Positions 1 to 9,500 of a DNA stretch of 32,855 bases are shown here, one piece after another. Each line of letters starts with the position of its first letter. The first letter of the stretch is position 1. The notes under the pieces are model-generated. The model did no database searches and had not been told where the DNA came from. It worked only from the letters and a program-made list of their open reading frames with translations. The stretch comes from a virus (taxonomy: Duplodnaviria; Caudoviricetes): positions 1 to 32,855 of the IMG/VR virus record IMGVR_UViG_3300020413_000037, one strand, 5' to 3'. Both the position numbers and the translations under genes were made by a program.

Positions 1-146
1 CATGCTGCTGCTGCGAGTAAGCATGGGATCATGAGTACTCCGAACCAACCAACATAGATTCTGTTGTTTGTTGAAGTTACCCATTCACAGAACTCAGGCC
101 ATCCTTGTAGGAGTCCTTGTCTGCGTGTTAGATTAGAGGTTGTCAT
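1..146 (-). CDS. psbA: Photosystem II D1 protein, 5' part (runs off the window's left edge)
   Basis: Manual translation from the ATG at 146-144 gives [48 protein letters not shown], the D1 N-terminus ([23 protein letters not shown]). Not in the ORF track. Confidence 0.97.
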   Translation of the reverse strand, partial: MTTSNLTRRQGLLQGWPEFCEWVTSTNNRIYVGWFGVLMIPCLLAAAA

Positions 147-330
147 TTTAATAAGACGTTAAATAGGGCTCCAAGGGTAGAAGCGATATTTATTTCCAGT
201 AACCCCTCGCTACTGGATAAAAGACGAAGTATTATTCTGCCTATAGGTCTTGGTTTGAGAGCAGTCTACAAAGGAGGGCGATCCGTTCGAGTCCTTTATA
301 ATTTTAGATTATGTGGATTTCACCACTGAT
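147..330 (-). ncRNA. Structured psbA 5' leader, probably PhotoRC-II-like cis-regulatory RNA
   Basis: ~180-nt non-coding leader with inverted repeats tccagta(195-201)/tactgga(211-217), ctgc(237-240)/gcag(261-264) and aaagga(270-275)/tccttt(292-297). PhotoRC-II motifs are known upstream of cyanophage psbA. Family assignment is by position and resemblance only. Confidence 0.55.
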
Positions 331-331
331 G

Positions 332-365
332 TATTTATATTAACATAACTTTACACTTCTGTCAA
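332..365 (-). promoter_or_regulatory. psbA promoter: sigma70-type promoter overlapping a T4-type late promoter
   Basis: Minus strand TTGACA (365-360), 17-nt spacer, TAATAT (342-337), with an overlapping TATAAATA (339-332). Confidence 0.8.
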
Positions 366-368
366 CCC

Positions 369-1322
369 TTATTTTGGATATCTAATAATTACGATTCCAC
401 TAGCACCATCACCACCATATGTACCACCATTAGCTACGCCTGGGTGTGATATACCACCTCCACCAGATCCAGTATTTGCTATACCAGCAGTTGCATATCC
501 GCCTGCAGAAGGGTTTGTTTGACCACCGATACCACTTGCTCTTGCTGCTTGGTTATAGACGCTGTTTTCGTTACCACCACCGCCTCCAGCAGCATAAAAT
601 GCAGCACTACCACTTATTGAATATTCTATACCACCTCCACCATTACCACCTAGTTGACTACCTCTTTGATTACCAGCTTGCCCAGCAGCACCAGCACCAC
701 CGCCGCCACCTCCAGCACCGTTAGCACCAGCACCACCATTATTTCCTTGACCAGCATTTCCTACAGCACCACCAGCGCCACCGATACCGCCACCAGTACC
801 ATTCTCATGGGCAGCACCACCACCTGATCCACCATTTTTACCATCAAGCATACCAGTATTACCAGTACCACCACCTCCACCACCAGTTGCACTGTGGTTA
901 AAACTAGTTCCATTAACTTGACTATTAGTACCGTTAGATGTAGCAGTGTTAACTACACCACCACCACCAGCACCACCACTACCAACTGTAACTACATAAG
1001 TTGCAGCATTCCAAGTTTGATTTCCACCATTCGGAGTTGTTCTACCAGTAGGAGTTTCAGTACCATAGTAAACAAGACCTCCAGCACCTCCTCCACCAGA
1101 GTTATCAGTTCCTCCTCCACCGCCACCAGCGACCATGAGAACTTGAAGTCCTGTAACTTGTCTAGAAAGAACAAAGTTAGTGTTACCAGTTGAAGTAAAT
1201 GTATGCACAGCATACTTTACTCCACTAACTGTGATCTCAGTCTCAGTACCACCTGATCCAGCTTGAGGAGGGATTCCAAAGCTTAATGAGCCTGTAGTTG
1301 TTGAAAGTATACCAAGTGCCAT
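369..1322 (-). CDS. Glycine-rich putative tail-fibre tip/adhesin protein
   Basis: 317 aa with HTFTSTG, VLMVAGGGGGG, many GGxGG runs and a C-terminal GGDGASGIVIIRY, typical of phage Gly-rich domains; last gene of the fibre cluster. Confidence 0.7.
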   Translation of the reverse strand: MALGILSTTTGSLSFGIPPQAGSGGTETEITVSGVKYAVHTFTSTGNTNFVLSRQVTGLQVLMVAGGGGGGTDNSGGGGAGGLVYYGTETPTGRTTPNGGNQTWNAATYVVTVGSGGAGGGGVVNTATSNGTNSQVNGTSFNHSATGGGGGGTGNTGMLDGKNGGSGGGAAHENGTGGGIGGAGGAVGNAGQGNNGGAGANGAGGGGGGAGAAGQAGNQRGSQLGGNGGGGIEYSISGSAAFYAAGGGGGNENSVYNQAARASGIGGQTNPSAGGYATAGIANTGSGGGGISHPGVANGGTYGGDGASGIVIIRYPK

Positions 1323-1325
1323 AGA

Positions 1326-2111
1326 TTAACTACCAAATCCATTTGAGAAATTACAGAATGCCATCCATCCAGCTGTGTCTGGTCTTCTTAATACTGTAAG
1401 AGTGTAAATATCTTCGTCACCATTTGTAGAACTGTTTGTAGGAGCAGTACTACCAGCAAAACGAATTGGTACATCAGATGCAGCGCCACCATTAATCGTA
1501 ATATCTTTAGGTCTACAAGTTTTACTACTAGCAGGATTTATAATGAATGTAAATGTATATGCTTTACCTAATGTAGTAGGAAGGTTTGTTAATGCAAGAG
1601 TAAAATTACCAGTTTCGTTTGCCTGTATAAAGAAAACATTCTCAGTATTAGTATTATAGTTATAAGTAATCGAAAAATCTCCAGCACTCGATACGGTAAC
1701 AGCTCTAACTGGTTCTTGAGTATGTTGAACAGTAAATCCTGGCGTTGGTGTCCAGTTTAAACTTGTACTATCCCATAAAAATGTTTTATCTGTAGCTCCT
1801 TTTAAAGTAATACCACCACCAGCTGCTGTGGTATCTGACGGAGAAGCAACTGAACCTAGCTCAATATTTTTATCATCCACGCTAAGTGTTGTGGAATTGA
1901 TGGTAGTTGTAGTACCATTAACAGTCAAATCGCCAACAGTAACAGCACCAGATGTACTGAATGAACCTCCACCACTAACTGTTAGCGTACCAGTAACAGT
2001 AACGTTTCCTCCAACTGTTTGGTTTCCAGCAACAGCAAAAGTTTCTGTGGAAGGAACATTAACTGTAGTAGCAGTTCGACCTTTTATATTGTCTACTCTG
2101 AGTGTTGACAT
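1326..2111 (-). CDS. Tail fibre-like structural protein (MSTLRVDNI-type N-terminus)
   Basis: 261 aa, Thr/Gly/Val-rich beta repeats (GNVTVTGTLTV, GDLTVNGTTTTINSTTLSVDDKNIELG, AAGGGITLKG) common in cyanomyophage fibre proteins; late promoter directly upstream. Confidence 0.7.
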   Translation of the reverse strand: MSTLRVDNIKGRTATTVNVPSTETFAVAGNQTVGGNVTVTGTLTVSGGGSFSTSGAVTVGDLTVNGTTTTINSTTLSVDDKNIELGSVASPSDTTAAGGGITLKGATDKTFLWDSTSLNWTPTPGFTVQHTQEPVRAVTVSSAGDFSITYNYNTNTENVFFIQANETGNFTLALTNLPTTLGKAYTFTFIINPASSKTCRPKDITINGGAASDVPIRFAGSTAPTNSSTNGDEDIYTLTVLRRPDTAGWMAFCNFSNGFGS

Positions 2112-2129
2112 AATACTTTGTTTTTCTTT

Positions 2130-2137
2130 TATTTATA
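2130..2137 (-). promoter_or_regulatory. T4-type late promoter TATAAATA
   Basis: Exact TATAAATA on minus, 18 nt upstream of the ATG at 2111. Confidence 0.75.
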
Positions 2138-2327
2138 GATCTTTGACAATGAAGACACAACCGTCATCAACGTCAACTTGAACACCATTTTCGATGTCCA
2201 CTGTAAGATCTGAGACAGACCTTATAACTCCAACTTTATATGGAGATGATATACTCACATTTGAAGCAATTGATTGCTTCTGAACATTCTTAAATGCATT
2301 ATCAATGTAATCTACAGGATAAGCCAT
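2133..2327 (-). CDS. Small virion-associated protein, paralogous to the C-terminus of the upstream gene
   Basis: 64 aa, tightly coupled to the 215-aa gene; shares SNxSIxSPYxxGVI...TVDIENGxQVDVD. Confidence 0.7.
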   Translation of the reverse strand: MAYPVDYIDNAFKNVQKQSIASNVSISSPYKVGVIRSVSDLTVDIENGVQVDVDDGCVFIVKDL

Positions 2328-2974
2328 TATATATCAGCAATAATTAAAATGCAATCACCATCCACATCCACCTGTTTACCATTTTCAATATCAACAGTAA
2401 CATTTGGATCTGTATAGATTACACCAGTATTATATGGCGATGCAATACTGATATTTGAATTTATTACATTTTGATATGCAAAAACTGTTTTAGAATATAC
2501 CTTAGAGGCACCGCCTCCACCAGCACTATCCCATTCAGTTCCATTATAAACTCGAAGTTCATCCTCAGTCGTATTATAGTAAATATCGCCTTCGTTTACA
2601 TCTACTGTTGGATTACTTGATTCTGTAATATCAATTGATCTACGTTTGACTTGATCATTTGATACATTTCTCCATGAAGCACCATGAATTGATCTAATCT
2701 CACAACCAAGACCAACTTGAGGAGCAGTGGTAAAAGTTATTGTTGGAGTTGCAGCAGTATTATTAATAGTATAATCTGTTTTTGGTTTCTGTATGATACC
2801 ACCAAGAATAACTAATATTTGTTCTTCACTAAAAGCTCGATAAACAGCACCACCATCTGTAAGATTAAAAGTAGTAGTACTCGTATTGAAACCGCTACTT
2901 ATATCATCAATGACTCTGACATCAGTATCATTGTAACCTCTAGTTGGAGATAGTTGTCTTCCGTGTAATCCCAT
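2327..2974 (-). CDS. Virion structural/tail-fibre-associated protein
   Basis: 215 aa with IDDISSGFN...FNLT...ILVILGGIIQKPxxDYTI...ITFTTAP domain and GDIYYNTT...LRVYNGTEW motif typical of cyanophage fibre proteins. Confidence 0.7.
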   Translation of the reverse strand: MGLHGRQLSPTRGYNDTDVRVIDDISSGFNTSTTTFNLTDGGAVYRAFSEEQILVILGGIIQKPKTDYTINNTAATPTITFTTAPQVGLGCEIRSIHGASWRNVSNDQVKRRSIDITESSNPTVDVNEGDIYYNTTEDELRVYNGTEWDSAGGGGASKVYSKTVFAYQNVINSNISIASPYNTGVIYTDPNVTVDIENGKQVDVDGDCILIIADI

Positions 2975-2975
2975 T

Positions 2976-3308
2976 TTAGGTCTGCTCCAGTACAGATATT
3001 AACGAATCTACGCTATTAGTGGTATCAGATAAAACTTGAATTTTATCTCCTGTTTCCATCACTAACTTACTACCAGCGATAAATTCGTAAGATGCACCAC
3101 TTGGAATCGGCATATTCCGAATCAAATAGATGTCATCTGCTCCACCAGCAGCTTTATCAAATTTTATATCTATAATAATTTGATTTCCAGTTGTATTTGA
3201 AACGTTAATACCAATACAAACTGTAGTAGTTGCTCCAGGCACTGTATAAGCGTCTGTAAGTGTAGTTGAGATATTCGCTTTTGTATAACTTTTGAAGGTA
3301 TTTGCCAT
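2976..3308 (-). CDS. Conserved phage structural protein (MANTFK type)
   Basis: 110 aa, all-beta pattern YTVPxxTTTV...KLVMETGDKIQV...SVLEQT; found in tail-fibre clusters. Confidence 0.7.
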   Translation of the reverse strand: MANTFKSYTKANISTTLTDAYTVPGATTTVCIGINVSNTTGNQIIIDIKFDKAAGGADDIYLIRNMPIPSGASYEFIAGSKLVMETGDKIQVLSDTTNSVDSLISVLEQT

Positions 3309-3312
3309 TTAT

Positions 3313-3540
3313 CTATCCCAATGCGATTGCCATAACGATTGCATCATCAACAGTTGCACCACCAGCAAGAGTATTAGCAACCTCAACGATAGCGTCATTT
3401 CCTGGCGTACCTCCACCTGATTCATCTCTCATATAGATTTTTTTATCAGCGGTGTTTACAGCAAGTTCACCCCTTGCTAAATCTGAGAGAGATGGAGCAC
3501 CAGTCGAATGTTTTCTTTTTGGTTTAATCGTTGTTGCCAT
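3313..3540 (-). CDS. Short fibre-related protein
   Basis: 75 aa with IKPKR...PSLSDLARGELAVNTADKKIY (fibre N-terminal attachment motif) and C-terminal AIVMAIALG. Confidence 0.7.
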   Translation of the reverse strand: MATTIKPKRKHSTGAPSLSDLARGELAVNTADKKIYMRDESGGGTPGNDAIVEVANTLAGGATVDDAIVMAIALG

Positions 3541-3565
3541 AATGCAATTCTTTTTTTACTATTTA

Positions 3566-6500
3566 TCAAGCAGTCTTGAATAAGTATTCACCGACCATCT
3601 TTCCAATGGTTCGACCAAACTGTATTCTAAAGTCAGGGTTTGAGGTTCCGAGATCTTCTCCAAAAATACGAATTGTATCCCATTTTCTATTACCAAATGC
3701 AGTAGAATCGACACCTGTACTCGTATCATAATATGAGAAGATATTACCAGTTGGAGTACCAGATGGAGCTCCATTGATAGGACCACTACTAAATGGACCT
3801 ACTTGGAAGAAAATACCACCGCCAGTTTCTTTTGCCAATGATGTATGATCCCAACGATGTCTAGATCCAGATTGGAAAGAAGCACTTCTTCTACCAATGT
3901 AAACTGCTTCATTAGTTACATCACCATTTAATGCTGCACTTAAAGTTACAGAAACAGTTGACGATGTAGTTGGAGCGCTACTACCATTACTAGGAGAACC
4001 AATTGAAGTAATATAAACATCCCAAGGTATATTTGGTTTCAAAGTCAATACCTGATTACCATTACCATCATTAGGTGCAGTTCTTTGACCATTCCATACT
4101 TGACTCTTATGTAAAACTCCATACTCAGTAGTAGAAGTATCATAATCCTCAGCAGGATTAATTGTATTAATGGCATTACTCCAATCAACACTTGTCGCAT
4201 TACCATTACTATTTGTAATTGTAACTGTATTACTTCCAGCAGTACCAGTCATTGTGAACCGATATGCAGTTTGTTCTGGCACACAACCAGTTTGAGGAAT
4301 ACCAGCTTTAAGTACACCTAAATTCTGTGGGTCATTGTTTCGAGTTATAAAATTAACATCTCTGGCAAGATACGCTCTTTCTCTCAGTAAATTAAAATTA
4401 TCTAGAGATGATGGATAATTATATAATGTATCATCAGCATGTGTTTGAGATGTAATTGTAGATACTTCAAGAATACAATCTGTATGTGCATCAGTAACAG
4501 TAATTGTTGCAGTTTTATTTGTTCCAACAACAACTTCAAGAATATCACCAACATTATAATCACGACCACCAGCTGAAGCAGCACTGTTGATTGAAGCTGC
4601 TGTAATTCCACCAGAACCATCAACACCTGTAATATCAATTTTTAATCCTTGTCCAACAGAAATATCACTTTTATTATTCGTTCCAATATCAGTACCAGTA
4701 GAATATCCAGACCCAGCAGTTGTAATACTAAATGTTAAAATTTTTCCTCTTCTGTTTGCATCTGTATCTGGGTGTGAAAGAATAATTTGATCTCCTACAT
4801 TATAAATTGTACCAGCAGCATTGACTGTTGCTGAAGTCACAACACCACTTGAAAGATTACCAGCTGCTAAATTAACAGTTAATCCAGTACCTTCACCTTT
4901 ATTATTAAATCCAGATTTATTAGAAGCAGGAATTTGTGGGTCATCTTCAGTAAAGAATGTTGATGAACCAGTTGCAGTAGTATATCCTTTACCACCTTGA
5001 ACGACAGTTAAACCTGTAACAGGCCCATATTGATTTAAAAATACAATTCTATTAAAATCTTTTGTATATATTCCACTGAATAATGTTGTACTTGCACTCT
5101 TGTAATTAATATCATTAGTTCTAGTAACTTTTAGAATCATCTCATCTTTTAAACCACTAAAAATAGTGTTTCCTGATGCAGGGGCATTCGGTGTAAGAGT
5201 GTCACCAACTCTATAACCATAGCCAGGGAATACAACCTTACGAATTGATAATGTTTTATTACCAGTACTACCAGTTACAAAATCAACTTTTACATCACAT
5301 CTAATTTGAGCTCTTACTCTTGCTTGAATCGCAGCACTATCTGAACTAAGTGCAGTTTTTAAATCAAATTTAACACCTCGATACCATCCAGTTGGAATAT
5401 TATTAATTGTATTTTGACCAGCTGTTGTAAATGAATCTACAACTATATCTTGAACAAAATCTCGAATTGGAATAAATCCTCTTGCATCAGCAGCAGGCAC
5501 TCCATTTGTGCCAGGATCACCCCAAGTACCAAAACTATTTTTACCAGCAGAGTTATTTGTTACAGTACCATTATAATCGGGTGCTTGTTTATAGTGTGGT
5601 AAAATACCTACATCATAATTTAATGTATATCCACCAATATTACCAATATATACTCCATTCTTATCAATTAAAAGCTTTTTAACTTTATCTAACCATGTAT
5701 CCATACCTGTATCATGTTCATTCGTATTTGCAACAAATACTAACTTTGAAGATGATCTTGGATTATAACCATCACATGTTGTAATACTAGTTGCAGGGTC
5801 AGTAGTACAATTTAAATCTGTACCAACTGTTTTTAGTACAATATTAAATGCGTCCTCAGAGTTTGACCCAGTTCCACCACCACTACCAGAGTTTTTTTGA
5901 TATGATCCAGTAGGACCTGCTCTTTTTGCCCAAAAATATCTTAATCGTAAATCACCAGCAACATAATATTGATAAGGATTTGAGAGATCAATTACCTCTG
6001 TAACAGTACCTAAATTACTACCACTACCAGTACTACCACTACTAATAGTATCTCCAACTTCTATATCAGGAAGTGTACTTGCACCAGTATTATTTGTACC
6101 TTGAAAAGCTATTTCATTATAGGTAATACTACTATCGTTATAATCAGTTCTTGTATCCCATGCGTATATAACATAACCGCCAGCATTTCCAATTATTGAA
6201 CCACTTCTTTTTATAGTTGCAGTGTTTCCTACTGGAAGAGAAGTAGGATTCCATGAACTAGAAAGTGTAATACCACTCACTCGTACAAGTTTTAAACTAG
6301 AAACAACCTGTTGTTTATACTCTCCAAAATAAGTTCTTGAAATTCTATTTGCATTTGCATCATCTAAAGCTTCTATATTTTTAACTCCAATTCCAGCTGC
6401 AACTAAAGCTTTGTTAAAAGCATCTACAGTAGCTGGATCATCTTCCCAATTTAAATAGGAGTTCATACTACCAGAATTATCGGTAGCAAATACAGCATCT

Positions 6501-6580
6501 ACTTTCAGTGGATTTGATCCACCTCCTGATATTGCGAAAACCTTTTTTGGTTTAGCCCAAAAACCTATTGCGTTTGACAT
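3566..6580 (-). CDS. Large putative virion protein with a discontinuous vWA-like domain and beta repeats
   Basis: 1004 aa with MIDAS-like VDAVFATDNSGSM (D34), SEDAF, LVFVANTNEHD and a distant SLAKETGGGIF, plus GxGY/YNVGD repeats. Confidence 0.7.
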   Translation of the reverse strand: MSNAIGFWAKPKKVFAISGGGSNPLKVDAVFATDNSGSMNSYLNWEDDPATVDAFNKALVAAGIGVKNIEALDDANANRISRTYFGEYKQQVVSSLKLVRVSGITLSSSWNPTSLPVGNTATIKRSGSIIGNAGGYVIYAWDTRTDYNDSSITYNEIAFQGTNNTGASTLPDIEVGDTISSGSTGSGSNLGTVTEVIDLSNPYQYYVAGDLRLRYFWAKRAGPTGSYQKNSGSGGGTGSNSEDAFNIVLKTVGTDLNCTTDPATSITTCDGYNPRSSSKLVFVANTNEHDTGMDTWLDKVKKLLIDKNGVYIGNIGGYTLNYDVGILPHYKQAPDYNGTVTNNSAGKNSFGTWGDPGTNGVPAADARGFIPIRDFVQDIVVDSFTTAGQNTINNIPTGWYRGVKFDLKTALSSDSAAIQARVRAQIRCDVKVDFVTGSTGNKTLSIRKVVFPGYGYRVGDTLTPNAPASGNTIFSGLKDEMILKVTRTNDINYKSASTTLFSGIYTKDFNRIVFLNQYGPVTGLTVVQGGKGYTTATGSSTFFTEDDPQIPASNKSGFNNKGEGTGLTVNLAAGNLSSGVVTSATVNAAGTIYNVGDQIILSHPDTDANRRGKILTFSITTAGSGYSTGTDIGTNNKSDISVGQGLKIDITGVDGSGGITAASINSAASAGGRDYNVGDILEVVVGTNKTATITVTDAHTDCILEVSTITSQTHADDTLYNYPSSLDNFNLLRERAYLARDVNFITRNNDPQNLGVLKAGIPQTGCVPEQTAYRFTMTGTAGSNTVTITNSNGNATSVDWSNAINTINPAEDYDTSTTEYGVLHKSQVWNGQRTAPNDGNGNQVLTLKPNIPWDVYITSIGSPSNGSSAPTTSSTVSVTLSAALNGDVTNEAVYIGRRSASFQSGSRHRWDHTSLAKETGGGIFFQVGPFSSGPINGAPSGTPTGNIFSYYDTSTGVDSTAFGNRKWDTIRIFGEDLGTSNPDFRIQFGRTIGKMVGEYLFKTA

Positions 6581-6598
6581 CGATTAATCCTTCAGTAA

Positions 6599-9500
6599 TT
6601 AAGAAATAACATTGGTTACATAAACTGCCTTACCCTCATTTATGTAGTAGGTTATCAAGAAGACAGTTCCTTTTAAGTAGTTTACAGGACTACCATCAGT
6701 GTCATCGATTCCTCTAAAGTTAAGAGATACTGGCGACCAAGTATTAGTAGGATGAATACCTCCTAATTGAACTTGAGATGGATAAGAAACATAAATTTGA
6801 CCACTTCTACCGTTATAGTTTGCAATATTTGTAATAGTTCCTAAAACTAGGTTTGTGATATTACCAGAATACCATCTAGTATCAGTAGAACTACCAAGAG
6901 GTGTAAATGTAAAGTTAGAAGTTAACTTTAACGAATCAGCGTCTGTTACTGAACCAGCAGCAGATGCAGCACTATATGATCCAGAAGCAGGAATATCAGA
7001 AAGACCAAGTGGCCATACGATTGGAACTGTAGTAATAAAGGCGTTTTTAGTTGCCCATGCATCTAAATCATGTGGTGAAACAAATCTATCTGCCTGTGCA
7101 GTCCAATCAGAAGTAGTCTTAGAAAGATCCTCCCAATCTTGTTGTGCTCTCTGTACAAAACCAAATTGTGTTTGTGATGAAGCAGGGAAATTAGCTGTAT
7201 CTTGGAATACAGTGCTTGCAATTTCAATCTTAGATTGAACTTTAAGAGTATTAATAGTTGCAGTTGTTGCTTCTAAGTTTGCAGTCTTAAAGCTGTTCTG
7301 TTGTGCTTGTTGTAAAGTCGCAAGAGATTCAGTTAAGGTTGCACTAAATGATGATGGGTTAAAGGAAGATGTAGAAGAGTTAGATGAAAGAGAACCAACA
7401 TCAGCGAAGTTGATTAACTTATTGTCAGCAGAAGTCTTGACTTTCGGGAAGTTCAATGTACTAGACTTGTTACCCTTCGTATCAATCACCTGATTACCAA
7501 TAAAGAAGTCACCATTTGAGTTAGTACCAGATGATGCAACGAAACCACCAGCACCTTCAATCTGTTGAGCATTAACCTGTTTCTGTAAACTAAGAACCTT
7601 AGTTTGGAATCTAGGTAAACCAGTTGAGTAGTTACCAGGCCCGAAACCAACGTATTCCCAAGTGTGACCAGAAGCACGAAGAATAGATGGTCTGTGTAAG
7701 TTTACTGGAATACCAGCAGTTGTACTTGATGTGACATTAGAATCAAGAAGAATAACTCTATCACTAAATGTCGGTATATCATTTGCATATGATGTAACTG
7801 CTGCTTTATTCACACCGTAATCATCTTTTGAATCAGTGGAACCAGCATCAGCAGTATAAGGAGCGATCATTGCCGCTTCTGTCATGGTGCTATAACTTGG
7901 GAAGATACTTGTTAGAACCAACTCGTTAGTTAAGTTAGCAGAAATAGTACCACCAGCAAGAACTTCATTTAAGAATTTAAGAGTTGCTTCTGATGTGAGA
8001 GAATATTGTGTAATTCTATCATATCCATGAGTTGTAAGATTATTATCACGAGGAATCGTATTACCAACATCATCTCTATATCTAGAAACAGATGGACGAG
8101 GATTCCATTTTGGATTATCTAAGTCAATTTCTGGATATAGATAGTTGATATTTTGAGAAACGCCGAGGCCTGTTACAGTTGTATCTGCAACTGTGTAACT
8201 TGTTCCAGAGGTTGTTTGTACACCATAAGTAATAGTATTTCCAAATGTGCTACCATCTTCTTTAGTGTTGACATTACCATCAAGAACAGTTAGCATATAA
8301 TAACCATCTCTAGAGGTATGTACATATTCAATAAGAGGTTCTACATTATAAATGTAGAAAGATCTTGGGAAATTGTTTGTACTTGTATAAGTGAACGGAT
8401 ATGTAGCATTTGTATCTCTAAGTTGTAAAGTAAACCTTGGTTCTGGTGCTTTTAGTTCTTGAGATCCAGCACTACCTTTTGGCATCTTATAAATGATTCT
8501 CCATAAGAACTCACCATTTCCAAATGATGCTCGATTATCTTGAAGACGTTTAATGTAGATATTTGAAGATGTATTTGCATCAAATTCATAGTTATCAGCA
8601 GATGAAGTCTGATTATCTCCATTAGTATCTCTTCTCTGTGTTAATCTTCTAAGAAGTGCAAGAGAAGTCGATGCTTGAGAAGTTAAAACAACATCATCTG
8701 TAATTGCACCATATCTAGTACCAATTGAAGCAAATGGAATATATCCAAATGGTTTGATGTTTTCAGATGAGAAACTACCAGATGTAACTGATGTAACTCC
8801 ATTAATTTGGAAAACTACAGGACCTGTACCACTTCTAATACCTAATGATGTACCAGCACCATCTAAAAGTCTGAGATAATCATTATTAGAGAATCCACTA
8901 CCAGTTTCTAAATCGTTACCAGCTGGGTCATATTGATTAATTGCAGTAATTGCTTTGGATGTACTATCTACATTGACGTATACTCTAATTTGACTTGAAC
9001 GACCACCTAGTTGAGCTGTGGTAAGGAAAGTACCAGCAGAGTTACATGGTCTTGCATTAACAATCGCATTTGTAGCACCACTTGTTAAATCTGCGTAAGT
9101 AGCACCATTTGATGTAATATTGTCATATGCGACTGGAATACCAGTAGCATTAATAGTTCCGTCTGCTCTACCATCACTAACTAGAAGACAAACTCTACCT
9201 TTATCTACACCACTTACTGTCTGTGTATATTCCCAACCATAATATGTACGTTTGTCATTTTTAGTTGTGACAGAGTTTTGAGTCGTTGCTGGATCTTTAT
9301 TAGTTCCAAGATTTGATGTATCTCTTGCTCTTAATCTAGCAGCAAATAATTGAGATGTTGCATCATCAGCAGATTTTGGTAAAAATGCATAAACAGCTTC
9401 TGGATTAGTATCAGAATATTTTCTCTTACCAAGGTTATAATCTAAACCGCTTATAAGAAGTTCTGCCTTAGTTACGTTACCACTACTATCTGTTTCATAA

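Noticed and set aside
1-146. Intron or homing endonuclease associated with psbA
   Set aside because: Only the first 48 codons are in the window and they are uninterrupted; cannot be assessed.
241-300. tRNA-like look on + strand (TGGTTTGAGAGC, GTTCGAGTCC)
   Set aside because: The T-stem flanks (atccg/ccttt) do not pair and no acceptor or anticodon stems can be formed; better explained as the antisense of the psbA leader.
560-1130. ccacca/ccagca short repeats as a possible repeat array or CRISPR
   Set aside because: They are reverse-complement Gly/Ala codons of the Gly-rich gene; there is no constant repeat-spacer period.
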